DNA of 24,000 bases, taken from the NCBI GenBank assembly GCA_015222065.1, contig JADFUQ010000183.1, positions 14,470 through 38,469 on the forward strand. The letters run 5' to 3'. This DNA comes from Bacteroidota bacterium. Lineage in GTDB: Bacteria; Bacteroidota; Bacteroidia; Bacteroidales; VadinHA17. Shown here piece after piece: positions 9,320-17,823 of the stretch (position 1 is its first letter; each line of letters begins with the position of its first letter). Position numbers and translations under genes: made by a program. The notes below the pieces were generated by a model. It saw only the letters and a list, made by a program, of their open reading frames with translations, ran no database searches and was not told where the DNA came from.

Positions 9320-9631
9320 TTATAATGAAGAATCAGGTTGTTCTTTACTCACTGATTTCAGCTTCCTGACAGATTTTGACAGGGTTATAATAGCAAAAAT
9401 TGTAAAAACAGATTTAAGAAAAAAACTCACATTTGCCACAAACCATTCTGCCTTTGTTGATGTCCATTCAGGTAATTCTTTTGATAATTTTACCTGCAGG
9501 TCTGCCAGTATATCTGTACTTACATAATCCTGCTTAATGTTATGTAAGGACAAAAAATCGCCGAGTGTCAGGAATAACAGGATAATACATAAAACTAAAG
9601 ACCAAACCAGTAATGTTTCTAAACGTTTCAT
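9320..9631 (-). CDS. Small hypothetical membrane protein (two hydrophobic segments)
   Basis: 103-aa ORF with an N-terminal TM segment (LLVWSLVLCIILLFLTL) and a second one (VSFFLKSVFTIFAIITL). It lies co-directionally 47 nt downstream of the GH3 gene. No recognisable family. Confidence 0.5.
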   Translation of the reverse strand: MKRLETLLVWSLVLCIILLFLTLGDFLSLHNIKQDYVSTDILADLQVKLSKELPEWTSTKAEWFVANVSFFLKSVFTIFAIITLSKSVRKLKSVSKEQPDSSL

Positions 9632-9678
9632 TGGTATAAAATTAAATTAAAATATTATATCTTGATTAATTCGCGTTT

Positions 9679-11655
9679 TTATTCATCATCAAATGTTAGT
9701 CCAAACCCAAATGGGAATAACGGATTCTTTGAATCATAAGGTACATCCTCATTCTGATTTTTGACCGCCTCCATTGAGGATGGTAATTCGAACGGCAACT
9801 TTCCGGTAGGATTAAACTTTCCAAAGATCACATCCAGAACAGCTTCATCACTGGCACCGAAATTGGTTATCAGTGCCTTGCAATGCTTTGTTATTTCCGG
9901 GATCACTGCCGGGCGTTCAAGATAGATATCAATAATTGTTGGAACTTTCCCGGCAATATCCAGTATATGTGCTTTTTCCTCTCCCTTAAAATCCAGGTCA
10001 CCCTGGTGGAAAAACCTTTCGAGTATACCTTTTCCTAATCCTCCTGTGTATGGGGTTGCCAGTCTTAGAATTGCAAAATCAGCCTCTTCGGGGTTATCTG
10101 TAACAGTGCCATACCCGGCGGCTGTTTCAATATCAATATTTTCAACATATAATTTTATGTTGTTACCAAGTGGCAGAGGTTTCCCGGATGAGGGATCCCC
10201 ATTCTTTAGCAGAACAATAGCTTTTCGCTGGGATAATTCTCCAAGCTGTTTGAATTCTTTCTTGCCAACAATTTGTTCTGCTTTTTCCTCATCAACATAA
10301 GGGTTATCAAACAATCCCAGGCGGAATTTATCCCTGAGCAGTCGTCTTACAGAAACATCAAGCCGGCTTTCTTCAATTCTGCCATCCTTTACCAGTTTTG
10401 TGATCATTTCCGGTTCCGCTTCACCACCAAACTGGTCAACCCCGGCATCAAGGGCTTTAATAAACCTTTCCTCTTCAGTGAGATCGAAAACCCCATAACT
10501 TCTGGCTTTCATTTCAAAGATGCCTAATATTTTATGGTCGGTTACTATCCCCCAGTCTGTACAAACCACGCCGTCGAAACCATATTTATTACGTAATAAA
10601 CCGGTAATCACCTCTTTATTATAACTGAATGCAACGTCTTCGCTTGTTTGTCCCAATGGCACACCATAGTAAGGCATTATTTGGCCGGTATTTGCAGCAA
10701 ATGCGCCTTCAAAAGGGATTTGGTGATAATTAAAATTATCTCCCGGATAGAACTGGTCCTGACCATAAGCAAAATGAGCATCCCATCCATCTTTTTGCGG
10801 TCCGCCTCCAGGGAAATGTTTTGTCATACAGGTTACACTTTCCGGACCAATACTATCTCCCTGGAAGCCATTAATGTAGGCAGCTATTAATTTTTTTGAA
10901 AGCAAGGCATCAGAACCAAATGTACCACTGACCCTTCCCCAGCGCGGCTCGGTTGCCAGGTCAGCCATTGGATGCAGCGCTGTACGGATCCCGACTGCCA
11001 GGTACTCCTGCCTGGCAATATCGCCAAACCGGGCAACGAAAGTTGAATCGCCAATAGCTCCAAAACCGATTGGTTCGCACCATTTTGAAAAATAGTCGGA
11101 AGCAAAATTAGCAGCACCCGAAGAGAACGCATGGCGCGGGTCGGACGAGATTGTGACAGGTATTCCCAAACGGGTTTGTTCAGCAAGCTTCTGAACGCGG
11201 TTATACCAGGCAGCCATATTTCCGGGATCTGCAACTATGTAAACATTAAAGTGATTCATCAGCTTTTTTAATAATAAGGTAGAGTTGGCAGGGCTTATAA
11301 GAGAAAAAATATCATTGAGTTTTGGCTTTTCAAGCAATGTGCCGTCTTTATTCATAGCAATAGAAGAATGAAAAAGCATGCCTGCTTTTTCTTCAACTGT
11401 CATTTGTGATATAATGTTTTCAATCCGTTTATTAAGTTCCTGGCGACTGTCTTCATAGACATCTAAACCGCCGTTTTTATTTAAATCACGGAAGCTAAAC
11501 CCGTTTTCTTCCAGCACAGGAGCTTCCGGTCCTGCCAGCTTCATATTTTTGGATGATATCCGGTTAAAACGAATTGAAATAATAATAATACCAATAAGTA
11601 TCAGGGCAATAATTCCCAATACAATTTTTCCAATAATTTTTAATGCTTTTTTCAT
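9679..11655 (-). CDS. Glycoside hydrolase family 3 (beta-glucosidase / BglX-like), N-terminally membrane-anchored
   Basis: GH3 motifs KHFPGGGPQKDG and GVVCTDWG (nucleophile Asp context). The track start at 11694 is a TTG; I prefer ATG at 11655 (MKKALKIIGKIVLGIIALILIGIIIISI), which begins with a signal anchor. Confidence 0.9.
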   Translation of the reverse strand: MKKALKIIGKIVLGIIALILIGIIIISIRFNRISSKNMKLAGPEAPVLEENGFSFRDLNKNGGLDVYEDSRQELNKRIENIISQMTVEEKAGMLFHSSIAMNKDGTLLEKPKLNDIFSLISPANSTLLLKKLMNHFNVYIVADPGNMAAWYNRVQKLAEQTRLGIPVTISSDPRHAFSSGAANFASDYFSKWCEPIGFGAIGDSTFVARFGDIARQEYLAVGIRTALHPMADLATEPRWGRVSGTFGSDALLSKKLIAAYINGFQGDSIGPESVTCMTKHFPGGGPQKDGWDAHFAYGQDQFYPGDNFNYHQIPFEGAFAANTGQIMPYYGVPLGQTSEDVAFSYNKEVITGLLRNKYGFDGVVCTDWGIVTDHKILGIFEMKARSYGVFDLTEEERFIKALDAGVDQFGGEAEPEMITKLVKDGRIEESRLDVSVRRLLRDKFRLGLFDNPYVDEEKAEQIVGKKEFKQLGELSQRKAIVLLKNGDPSSGKPLPLGNNIKLYVENIDIETAAGYGTVTDNPEEADFAILRLATPYTGGLGKGILERFFHQGDLDFKGEEKAHILDIAGKVPTIIDIYLERPAVIPEITKHCKALITNFGASDEAVLDVIFGKFNPTGKLPFELPSSMEAVKNQNEDVPYDSKNPLFPFGFGLTFDDE

Positions 11656-11728
11656 TGAGTTATTATTTAGTACAAAAATAAAGTTATTTTGCAACTTCTA
11701 ATATACTGGATATTTATCATAATTGATT

Positions 11729-12295
11729 ATGAGTTTACTTTTAATATTTATAATAGGGATTGGATTATCGGTTGATAGTTTTGTTGCAAGCATTACAGCC
11801 GGTGTTTGCATGGTAAAGGTAAAGATAAGAAATGCACTTAAGGTTGCCTCCTTTATGGCATTTTTTCAGGCATTAACACCACTGATTGGCTGGCTGGCAG
11901 GAAGTAGTTTTCAACGTTATATTGAGAGTGTTGATCATTGGGTTGCTTTTGTATTGCTTCTGGCAATCGGGTGTAAAATGATTTATGAAGGAGTTAAACA
12001 CAAGGATAAAGCAGAAAAAAGTTCTTTTCCTTTAAGTAATATGATGCTTACAGGAATGGCGATTGCCACAAGCATTGACGCTTTAATAGTGGGGATTGGT
12101 TTTGGATTGCTTGAAGTTTCGATTATTATTCCTGTTTTAATAATTGGTGGTTTAACTTTCCTGTTTTCTGCATTAGGTGTTTTGCTTGGAAATAAAATAG
12201 GCATCCGATATAATTCTGGACTTGAAATATTCGGTGGGATTATACTTGCCGGGCTTGGTATAAAAATTCTGTTTGACCATATATTTTTTGTTTAA
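11729..12295 (+). CDS. mntP: Manganese efflux pump MntP (DUF204 family)
   Basis: MSLLLIFIIGIGLSVDSFVASITAGV plus a second DUF204-type repeat ATSIDALIVGIGFGL. About 188 aa with roughly six TM segments. ATG at 11729 is preferred over the track's TTG at 11723. Confidence 0.85.
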   Translation: MSLLLIFIIGIGLSVDSFVASITAGVCMVKVKIRNALKVASFMAFFQALTPLIGWLAGSSFQRYIESVDHWVAFVLLLAIGCKMIYEGVKHKDKAEKSSFPLSNMMLTGMAIATSIDALIVGIGFGLLEVSIIIPVLIIGGLTFLFSALGVLLGNKIGIRYNSGLEIFGGIILAGLGIKILFDHIFFV

Positions 12296-12453
12296 TTCTT
12301 TTAGTAATTCTTTCAATTGACCACCTTAACCGGCATAATCAACAGATATGTTGTCAGTAAGGTCTGTCATTAATTTAATATATCGGAATTTACTCTCCGC
12401 CAGGCGGATTAATCAAATTGTGAAACTATGTTCTTTCTTTTTCCTTTCCGTTT

Positions 12454-13317
12454 TTAATACTGGTGAAATGCATCAGATACAAATTCTAAAACAACAGGGA
12501 GTGATTCACGCCAATATGTCCAACTATGTTTGCCATCTCGAATTCGGAACTCATGAGGAATTTCTTTTTTTCGCATTGCAATGTGCACAAGACTATTCCC
12601 TTCGTACAGGAAATCGTCGTCTCCACAATCAATATACCAACGAACAGTTTTCATTTGCTCATTTGTTATATTGTTAATTAAAGAAAGCGCATTGTGGTGT
12701 TCATAATATACCTGAATAACCGAATCGGCATAGCTTTCATTATTCCTTAAAAGCCTTTCCTTAAATTGTTCAACAGAAAGCGGTCCAATATATGCACTTA
12801 ATGGACAAGCTGAAGAAAACATTTCAGGATGGTGCAAAGCATACATGAAAGAACCGCCCCCACCCATAGAAAGTCCGGCAACAGCACGATACTGTTTTTC
12901 ATTCTTAATACGATAAGTTTTTTCAACATAAGGAATTAACTCCTCGAAAAAGAAATCTTCATATCGCCACTCTCCTTTAATATCGTTGAAATAGCCGCGA
13001 TGGTCTGTATTTGCATCTGGCATAACAATTATCACAGGGGTGGCTTTACCCACCTTGATAGTTTTATCAGCTATTTGCAGTACTTCTCCAAATTGGATCC
13101 ATCCGGTTTGATCATCTCCGGCCCCATGTAGCAAATAAAGGACAGGGTAACTCCTTTGAGAAGTTTCGTAATCAGGTGGCAGATAAACTGCAAATTTCCG
13201 TTCACTATTAAGTATAGTACTGGTCATGGAAAGATTATCATAGACCTTTCCACTTTGTCCGAAGGTTGAAAAAGATACCAATAGGACTAAGTTTATTAAC
13301 AATAATAGATTTTTCAT
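12454..13317 (-). CDS. Secreted esterase family protein (PF00756 / CE1-like alpha/beta hydrolase)
   Basis: Signal peptide MKNLLLLINLVLLVSFSTFGQ, then YLPPDYETSQRSYPVLYLLHGAGDDQTGW and the nucleophile elbow GLSMGGGG. Confidence 0.85.
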   Translation of the reverse strand: MKNLLLLINLVLLVSFSTFGQSGKVYDNLSMTSTILNSERKFAVYLPPDYETSQRSYPVLYLLHGAGDDQTGWIQFGEVLQIADKTIKVGKATPVIIVMPDANTDHRGYFNDIKGEWRYEDFFFEELIPYVEKTYRIKNEKQYRAVAGLSMGGGGSFMYALHHPEMFSSACPLSAYIGPLSVEQFKERLLRNNESYADSVIQVYYEHHNALSLINNITNEQMKTVRWYIDCGDDDFLYEGNSLVHIAMRKKEIPHEFRIRDGKHSWTYWRESLPVVLEFVSDAFHQY

Positions 13318-13348
13318 AATTCTTCATATATTAAATTAATATCTGTTT

Positions 13349-13477
13349 GTTATAGGTGCCAACGTGCCGGTGGTATGGGTAGTGCCGCCTTCCAGGTTGC
13401 TGGTTTCCAATATTTAAAGGCACAAATATTCCAATTAAAATCTCAACTAACTATAAAAAAATGGCATTTCCTATAAC
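13349..13477. repeat. Intergenic repeat, copy D (129 bp, perfect 8-bp terminal inverted repeat GTTATAGG / CCTATAAC)
   Basis: 13355-13396 aligns with 15523-15564 at roughly 70% by eye (shared CGG-GGTATG...TGCCG-CTTC). The right end GGCATTTCCTATAAC resembles GCATTTTCCTAACAAG at 15564-15579 and ATTACCTATCAAAC at 14129-14142. Confidence 0.6.
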
Positions 13478-13501
13478 CGCCTGTGTGTTCATGCATTATT
13501 T

Positions 13502-13921
13502 TCAATTTAAAGCAATAAACCAGTCGAATATTGAAGTCATTATTTTGTTTAAATTCTCGTTGTAAATATCAACTTTTACTTTTATAATAACTCGTTTTTT
13601 ATTACTTAATTCATCAATTATCTCAATAGTATTCGTGTCAACAAAATCAGCCTTTGAATAAACTGTTCCGTTTCCAGGTTTACTATATTTAATTTCAACT
13701 TTTCTTACAACAGGAATAATATTTAATTCATAATCTTTAAATTGATTTAATAAATATTCTCCACTTGTTGCTTCTGCAAGCGCAAATAGAGTACTTGCAT
13801 GTAAAGTCCCAAGATGATTTAAATATTCTTTCCTTTCTTCTAATTTTAGAATAAATTCATCATCAGTATCTGCCTTTTGTAGGCCAAGAAATTTGTTAAA
13901 TGGAATTTCTATGACGTTCAT
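13502..13921 (-). CDS. Hotdog-fold thioesterase (PaaI / DUF4442-like)
   Basis: 139-aa ORF. PFNKFLGLQKADTDDEFILKLEERKEYLNHLGTLHASTLFALAEATSG follows the PaaI-type pattern (PFxxxLGxx...NxxGxxHGGxxxxLAD) as I remember it. Confidence 0.65.
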   Translation of the reverse strand: MNVIEIPFNKFLGLQKADTDDEFILKLEERKEYLNHLGTLHASTLFALAEATSGEYLLNQFKDYELNIIPVVRKVEIKYSKPGNGTVYSKADFVDTNTIEIIDELSNKKRVIIKVKVDIYNENLNKIMTSIFDWFIALN

Positions 13922-14133
13922 ATTTTACTTTTTTTCAACTTATTTCCCATTAGTAATAATACTCCAAGACCTATACCCATAAGCAGCTTAATTAAACCCA
14001 TAATTCGCCATCCGATAGTAGGATCGGGAAGACTGGCTTCAAATTCGGCCTGTTCAAGCTGGAGATCCCAGATGCGATAAAACCAAGGGAATGCGGATTG
14101 ACCACTATCAATTTCAATATACGGGAGAATTAC
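13918..14133 (-). pseudogene. Start-less open frame encoding the C-terminal part of a small membrane protein; possibly 5'-truncated
   Basis: My translation is VILPYIEIDSGQSAFPWFYRIWDLQLEQAEFEASLPDPTIGWRIMGLIKLLMGIGLGVLLLMGNKLKKSKI*. Its TGA overlaps the thioesterase ATG (ATGA at 13918-13921). There is no ATG/GTG/TTG before the internal Met. In-frame TGA-TAG sits immediately upstream at 14134-14139, where repeat copy A ends. Confidence 0.3.
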
Positions 14134-14238
14134 CTATCAAACCGATACAAGTTTGATGCGGGCTACAAACCACGAAAAACCTACTATCCCGGCTATTATT
14201 TTTACACATTGCCACCAGTTATTTGCTATAAACCTCAT
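14133..14238. repeat. Intergenic repeat, copy A (R-module only)
   Basis: The reverse complement of about 14133-14230 aligns with that of 15572-15670 at roughly 60-65% by eye over ~97 nt. Conserved blocks are GCAATGT, ATAGTAG and TTGTAGCCC. It carries a 33-codon ORF (MRFIANNWWQCVKIIAGIVGFSWFVARIKLVSV*) that is not preserved in copy B. Confidence 0.55.
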
Positions 14239-14340
14239 ATTTCTCAAATACTTCAAGTCTAAATAATGTATTTTGATATTTATTTACTCACAAAATAATT
14301 AATTTTAAAGTTGTTCGTGAGATCACTTCGTTAAGTTGTT

Positions 14341-14359
14341 ATTTGGTACTTGTCATTTG
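14341..14359 (-). repeat. Exact 19-nt copy of CAAATGACAAGTACCAAAT (also at 4961-4979 on the plus strand)
   Basis: ATTTGGTACTTGTCATTTG at 14341-14359 is the exact reverse complement of 4961-4979. Confidence 0.9.
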
Positions 14360-14417
14360 GAATTTTTAGAATAAGATAATATGTATATGTTTTAATGAAA
14401 CGCAGTACTAGTTGGGT

Positions 14418-15377
14418 TTAGTAAAAATTAAGATTCACATTTCTGTGGTTTGATGTTAAGTATTTTCCATTTGCAAATTCAACATATGCTTTTCCATCAC
14501 ATTTATCGTGAAAATTTAGAAATATATGTCCCAAATCTAACTTAGTACCTGCTTTTAAATTTTGTATAAAACCAACACCGGCAATAGGATTAACTTCACA
14601 TGTATTATGTATAAATTTTGCACCTATCATAGCATGATACAGTATACCACTACTGACACTTGTAAATTCTACAATTTGTCCTCCACCATTGATGGTAAAC
14701 TCATCATCATAAATGTCTGATATAGTATTATTATGATTTATTGTAATAAACCAAACATTTTGTTTAACTGCTCCAAAAGCATCACTGGGTTGTTCTGTTC
14801 CTAACCGATCCATCTCTAAATTAAACTGTGGATTGGTCAAGTTTAAGTTTAAAAGTGTGTCTGATCCTGCGCCAATAAAAATATCTTGTTCAGCAAACAG
14901 GGTCAATATATTCCCATCTTCCATTTCTATTACAGGAATGGTATGAATTCCTATAAATTCGTATTTTGCCTCTAAAATATCGATATCAGTAAATATTGCC
15001 GTGATTACTCCACTATAATCACTTTTATCCCTATTTACATCCCATAAACATGCGATGATTATTTGACCAATATTGCTATTAAAAGGTAGGGGATAGCTGT
15101 TATTGATAGTTACATACATTATTCCTGATCCTGAATATTCATCATTACTGGCAGATTGAAATAATACGTTATCTGGCAAATCTTCACCTCTAAAAAGCGT
15201 GTTTGCTAATGAGGCACAATATCCTACCGCTGCAGATACTTTAAATCCATGTTTTAGCGGTTCTATTTCAGGATCTTGATTTACTTCTTCAACTTTTTTA
15301 CAGGAGATTAATATAACGATAGCTATATAAAATATTAAAAGTGAAAATATGGTAATTTTAAGAAAAATTGTTTTCAT
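14418..15377 (-). CDS. Hypothetical lipoprotein, no recognisable domain
   Basis: 319-aa ORF. The hydrophobic N-terminus ends in a lipobox-like LISC followed by KKVEEVNQDPE. The body is beta-rich and Asn/Ile-rich, and I recognised no catalytic motifs. Confidence 0.7.
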   Translation of the reverse strand: MKTIFLKITIFSLLIFYIAIVILISCKKVEEVNQDPEIEPLKHGFKVSAAVGYCASLANTLFRGEDLPDNVLFQSASNDEYSGSGIMYVTINNSYPLPFNSNIGQIIIACLWDVNRDKSDYSGVITAIFTDIDILEAKYEFIGIHTIPVIEMEDGNILTLFAEQDIFIGAGSDTLLNLNLTNPQFNLEMDRLGTEQPSDAFGAVKQNVWFITINHNNTISDIYDDEFTINGGGQIVEFTSVSSGILYHAMIGAKFIHNTCEVNPIAGVGFIQNLKAGTKLDLGHIFLNFHDKCDGKAYVEFANGKYLTSNHRNVNLNFY

Positions 15378-15402
15378 CTTTAATTTATTTTAATTGTCTA
15401 TG

Positions 15403-15446
15403 TAAAAATAAGATTAATGTTTCAGTTATTAAATACACTGAACATT
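15403..15446 (-). terminator. Hairpin plus T-rich tail between GH20 and the lipoprotein gene (possible terminator or attenuator)
   Basis: AATGTTTCAG (15416-15425) pairs with CTGAACATT (15438-15446) with one bulge. On the minus strand TAATCTTATTTTTA follows. Confidence 0.35.
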
Positions 15447-15520
15447 TTTCCATACTATTATTTAGCTGTATTATTACTTAATAAAAACTATTGTGTTTAT
15501 CAAAGTAGATTCATAATAAT

Positions 15521-15670
15521 TTGGTGGCAATGATCGGCGGTATGAAACATTGCCGACTTCGAAGCATTTTCCTAACAAGATACGACGACCTTGAAATGGG
15601 CTACAATCGTTGATTTCACTACTATTTCGCCTATTTTTTATATACATTGCGGCAAGTTTCTTTCGCTATG
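15521..15670. repeat. Intergenic repeat, copy B (L-module + junction + R-module), abutting the GH20 stop codon
   Basis: It contains both the segment shared with copies D and C (15523-15564) and the segment shared with copy A (15572-15670). Stop codons occur in all frames, so it is not coding. Confidence 0.6.
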
Positions 15671-17236
15671 TTATTTACTATCATAGTAATAGATATCCAA
15701 TATATCCAGATATTTTAGGTGGTGATTGAGGCGAGAGTTAAACTCCACCCAGCTTTTATTTGATTCCATAGTCCAGCCAACTTCTGCCAGTGCAATTATT
15801 CGGGGGAAGATTTGCCTGTCCATTTCCGGCTCATTTCTGCTAAGATGAGACCAGAAGTTGGCCTGTACACCTAGAATGTTGTCTCTATACTTATCATTTA
15901 GATTATCAGGGACAGGATTATAACTGTAGACCTTTTCAGAAGAAATTGTTTCGTATGTATAATCAAAATAACAATGAGATGTAGGGCTCATAATTAAATT
16001 ATTTCCGCGAGTTACAACCAAATCCGGAATTTGCTCTTCCCATGTCCTCCAATACATTACGGTTGCCGTCTTGCTTAGTCCACCCTCAACTATTTCATCC
16101 CAACCAATTAATGTTTTACCATTGGCAGACAAAAAGCTTTCTATTTGCTTAATAAACCAACTCTGTAATTCATGCTCGTCCTGTAAACCGTTTTCTTTTA
16201 TTCTTTGCTGGCATTTAGCGCATTCCTTCCAATGCTCCTTTGGAGCTTCATCACCTCCGATATGAATATATTTTGATGGAAAAATCTCAATAACCTCGGA
16301 TAATACATTCTTTAAAAACACAAAAGTTTCATCATTGCCCGCACAAAATATTTCCTTATGAATCCCAAGGCCAAGAGTAAAAGGATGTATTTTCATAGTA
16401 TCGCCCTTACAGGATAATCCTGGATATACAGAAAAAACTTCTGAAGCATGACCCGGCATCTCAATTTCTGGAACAATATCAATATTTCTCTCCTGTGAAT
16501 AAGCAATTATTTCTTTTAAATCTGACTGGCTAAAATATCCTTCTCTTTCTTCTGGTTCATGATAAGATGTATCAAACTTAGATGCAATTTCAGTGAGCTT
16601 TGGATATTTCTTAATTTCAATACGCCATCCCTGATCGTCAGTAAGATGCATATGTAATTTGTTCATCTTATAAAATGCCATTGCATCAATATATTTCTTG
16701 GTTACTCTTTTATTCCAAAAGGTTCTACTGAAATCGATCATTAATCCCCTCCATTTAAACCTTGGTCTATCTTTTATACTACAATTTGGGATATGCCATT
16801 TTACATTATCAACTTTTGCATCCCTTAGAATATCATTCGGTAAAAGTTGAAGAATTGTTTGGAATGCCCAAAAAATACCCTTGGAGCGAAATGCTTCAAT
16901 TAAAATCTTGTTTTGGGTTACTTCAATAGTATAGCCCTCGTCCCCAAGGTAATCCAGTTTCTCATTTAGTTGCAATATTATCAGATCAGTTTGATTATCA
17001 GCTTCCCCAATTTTGATGTTAAACCCTGTTGCAGGATCAAGATAATCCTTTAGTTGTTTTGCTTGTAAGTACAGGTTTTTTTCAGGAATTATTGTGGTGG
17101 TTGATTTTAGATCAAAGAATCCGTCTTTTTTTTCTATCTCAACCGGGTGTGGAATGATATTAAATTTTTGATTTTCCTGACAAAGTATGGTTAAAGTTGC
17201 GAATATAAATGCAAATAAACTCAGGCCTATTTTCAT
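15671..17236 (-). CDS. Glycoside hydrolase family 20 beta-N-acetylhexosaminidase, secreted
   Basis: 521-aa ORF with a signal peptide (MKIGLSLFAFIFATLTILCQ). Motifs: RGLMIDFSRTFW, HMHLTDDQGWRIE and HIGGDE (catalytic Asp-Glu pair). Confidence 0.9.
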   Translation of the reverse strand: MKIGLSLFAFIFATLTILCQENQKFNIIPHPVEIEKKDGFFDLKSTTTIIPEKNLYLQAKQLKDYLDPATGFNIKIGEADNQTDLIILQLNEKLDYLGDEGYTIEVTQNKILIEAFRSKGIFWAFQTILQLLPNDILRDAKVDNVKWHIPNCSIKDRPRFKWRGLMIDFSRTFWNKRVTKKYIDAMAFYKMNKLHMHLTDDQGWRIEIKKYPKLTEIASKFDTSYHEPEEREGYFSQSDLKEIIAYSQERNIDIVPEIEMPGHASEVFSVYPGLSCKGDTMKIHPFTLGLGIHKEIFCAGNDETFVFLKNVLSEVIEIFPSKYIHIGGDEAPKEHWKECAKCQQRIKENGLQDEHELQSWFIKQIESFLSANGKTLIGWDEIVEGGLSKTATVMYWRTWEEQIPDLVVTRGNNLIMSPTSHCYFDYTYETISSEKVYSYNPVPDNLNDKYRDNILGVQANFWSHLSRNEPEMDRQIFPRIIALAEVGWTMESNKSWVEFNSRLNHHLKYLDILDIYYYDSK

Positions 17237-17267
17237 ATCATAGTAAATTTAATTGATTAAATAAAAA

Positions 17268-17415
17268 ATTTGCCACAACGATTGCAATATGGCATGAAGC
17301 GGATTGCGAGTGACTTCGTCTCAGCCTGACATAAAACTAAAACGTGCCAAAACCGCTCCAAATCAACACCTCACCGCTTTTTGCTATATTCCGTGTTGTA
17401 TATTCGCGCATCATT
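17268..17415. repeat. Intergenic repeat, copy C (diverged)
   Basis: TTGCCACAACGATTGCAATATGGCATGAAGCGGATTGCGAGTGACTTCG resembles the L-module of B and D (shared GACTTCG, TATG, TTGC). TTGCTATATTCCGTGTTGTATATTCGCGCATCATTTT resembles the right ends of D and A. It ends 32 nt upstream of the GH20 start. Confidence 0.45.
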
Positions 17416-17475
17416 TTCAATTTTCAGCTAATATGGATTGGTCAATAAACTCGAATCCATATTCATTACATATCT

Positions 17476-17823
17476 TTAGCGAGATCTTATTTTGAATGCT
17501 GCACTTTTAAAGTTATCTGAGGTAGCTATGAGTTTAATTTCACCTGCTTCTTCACTTGTTTGGACGATGGCTACACATTTACCGTAAAAGCATTTTCGCT
17601 TTTGTGCATGAAAAAGCTCTAAATCTGTAGGATCTCCATTACCAGAAGCTCTAAAGGTACCCTTTCCTTCAACTTTAAAACTAATGGTGTTATTGGCCAA
17701 AGGACAAAGTATTCCCTTTTTATCTACCACCTGAACTTCAATAAAAGCTAAATCTTCACCATTCGCTTTAACAGGAATATCTTCTATAAATAATTTGATA
17801 GCATATGGCTCACCATAAACTTT
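17476..17823 (-). pseudogene. 3' remnant of a GH2-type glycosidase (beta-galactosidase-like C-terminal Ig-like domain only)
   Basis: The stop-to-stop frame encodes KVYGEPYAIKLFIEDIPVKANGEDLAFIEVQVVDKKGILCPLANNTISFKVEGKGTFRASGNGDPTDLELFHAQKRKCFYGKCVAIVQTSEEAGEIKLIATSDNFKSAAFKIRSR. This matches the extreme C-terminus of Bacteroidetes GH2 enzymes as I remember them (GNGDPT...AFNG.C.AIVQ...G.I.L.A.S). The ~700-900 aa catalytic part is absent, and the ubiB terminator sits about 50 nt upstream. Confidence 0.7.

Noticed and set aside
9308-9338. Hairpin ACCTGATT...AATCAGGT between the ABC permease and the convergent 103-aa ORF, as a terminator
   Set aside because: The stem is perfect (8 bp), but the T-run sits inside the loop rather than after the stem, and the right arm lies within the 103-aa coding end. 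That is too ambiguous to call.
8909-12204. Track ORFs inside or antisense to the permease, the GH3 gene and mntP (8909-9130, 10046-10300, 10273-10527, 10648-10890, 10887-11234, 11983-12204)
   Set aside because: They overlap confident genes. 10887-11234 is an alternative frame of the GH3 gene with Pro/Arg/Leu-rich junk composition.
12396-12408. Short hairpin TCCGC-CAG-GCGGA after mntP as a terminator
   Set aside because: It has only a 5-bp stem with a 3-nt loop and no following T-tract.
12348-12677. 109-aa plus-strand ORF
   Set aside because: It starts in the mntP/esterase convergent spacer and runs antisense into the esterase 3' end. It has no motifs and was judged spurious.
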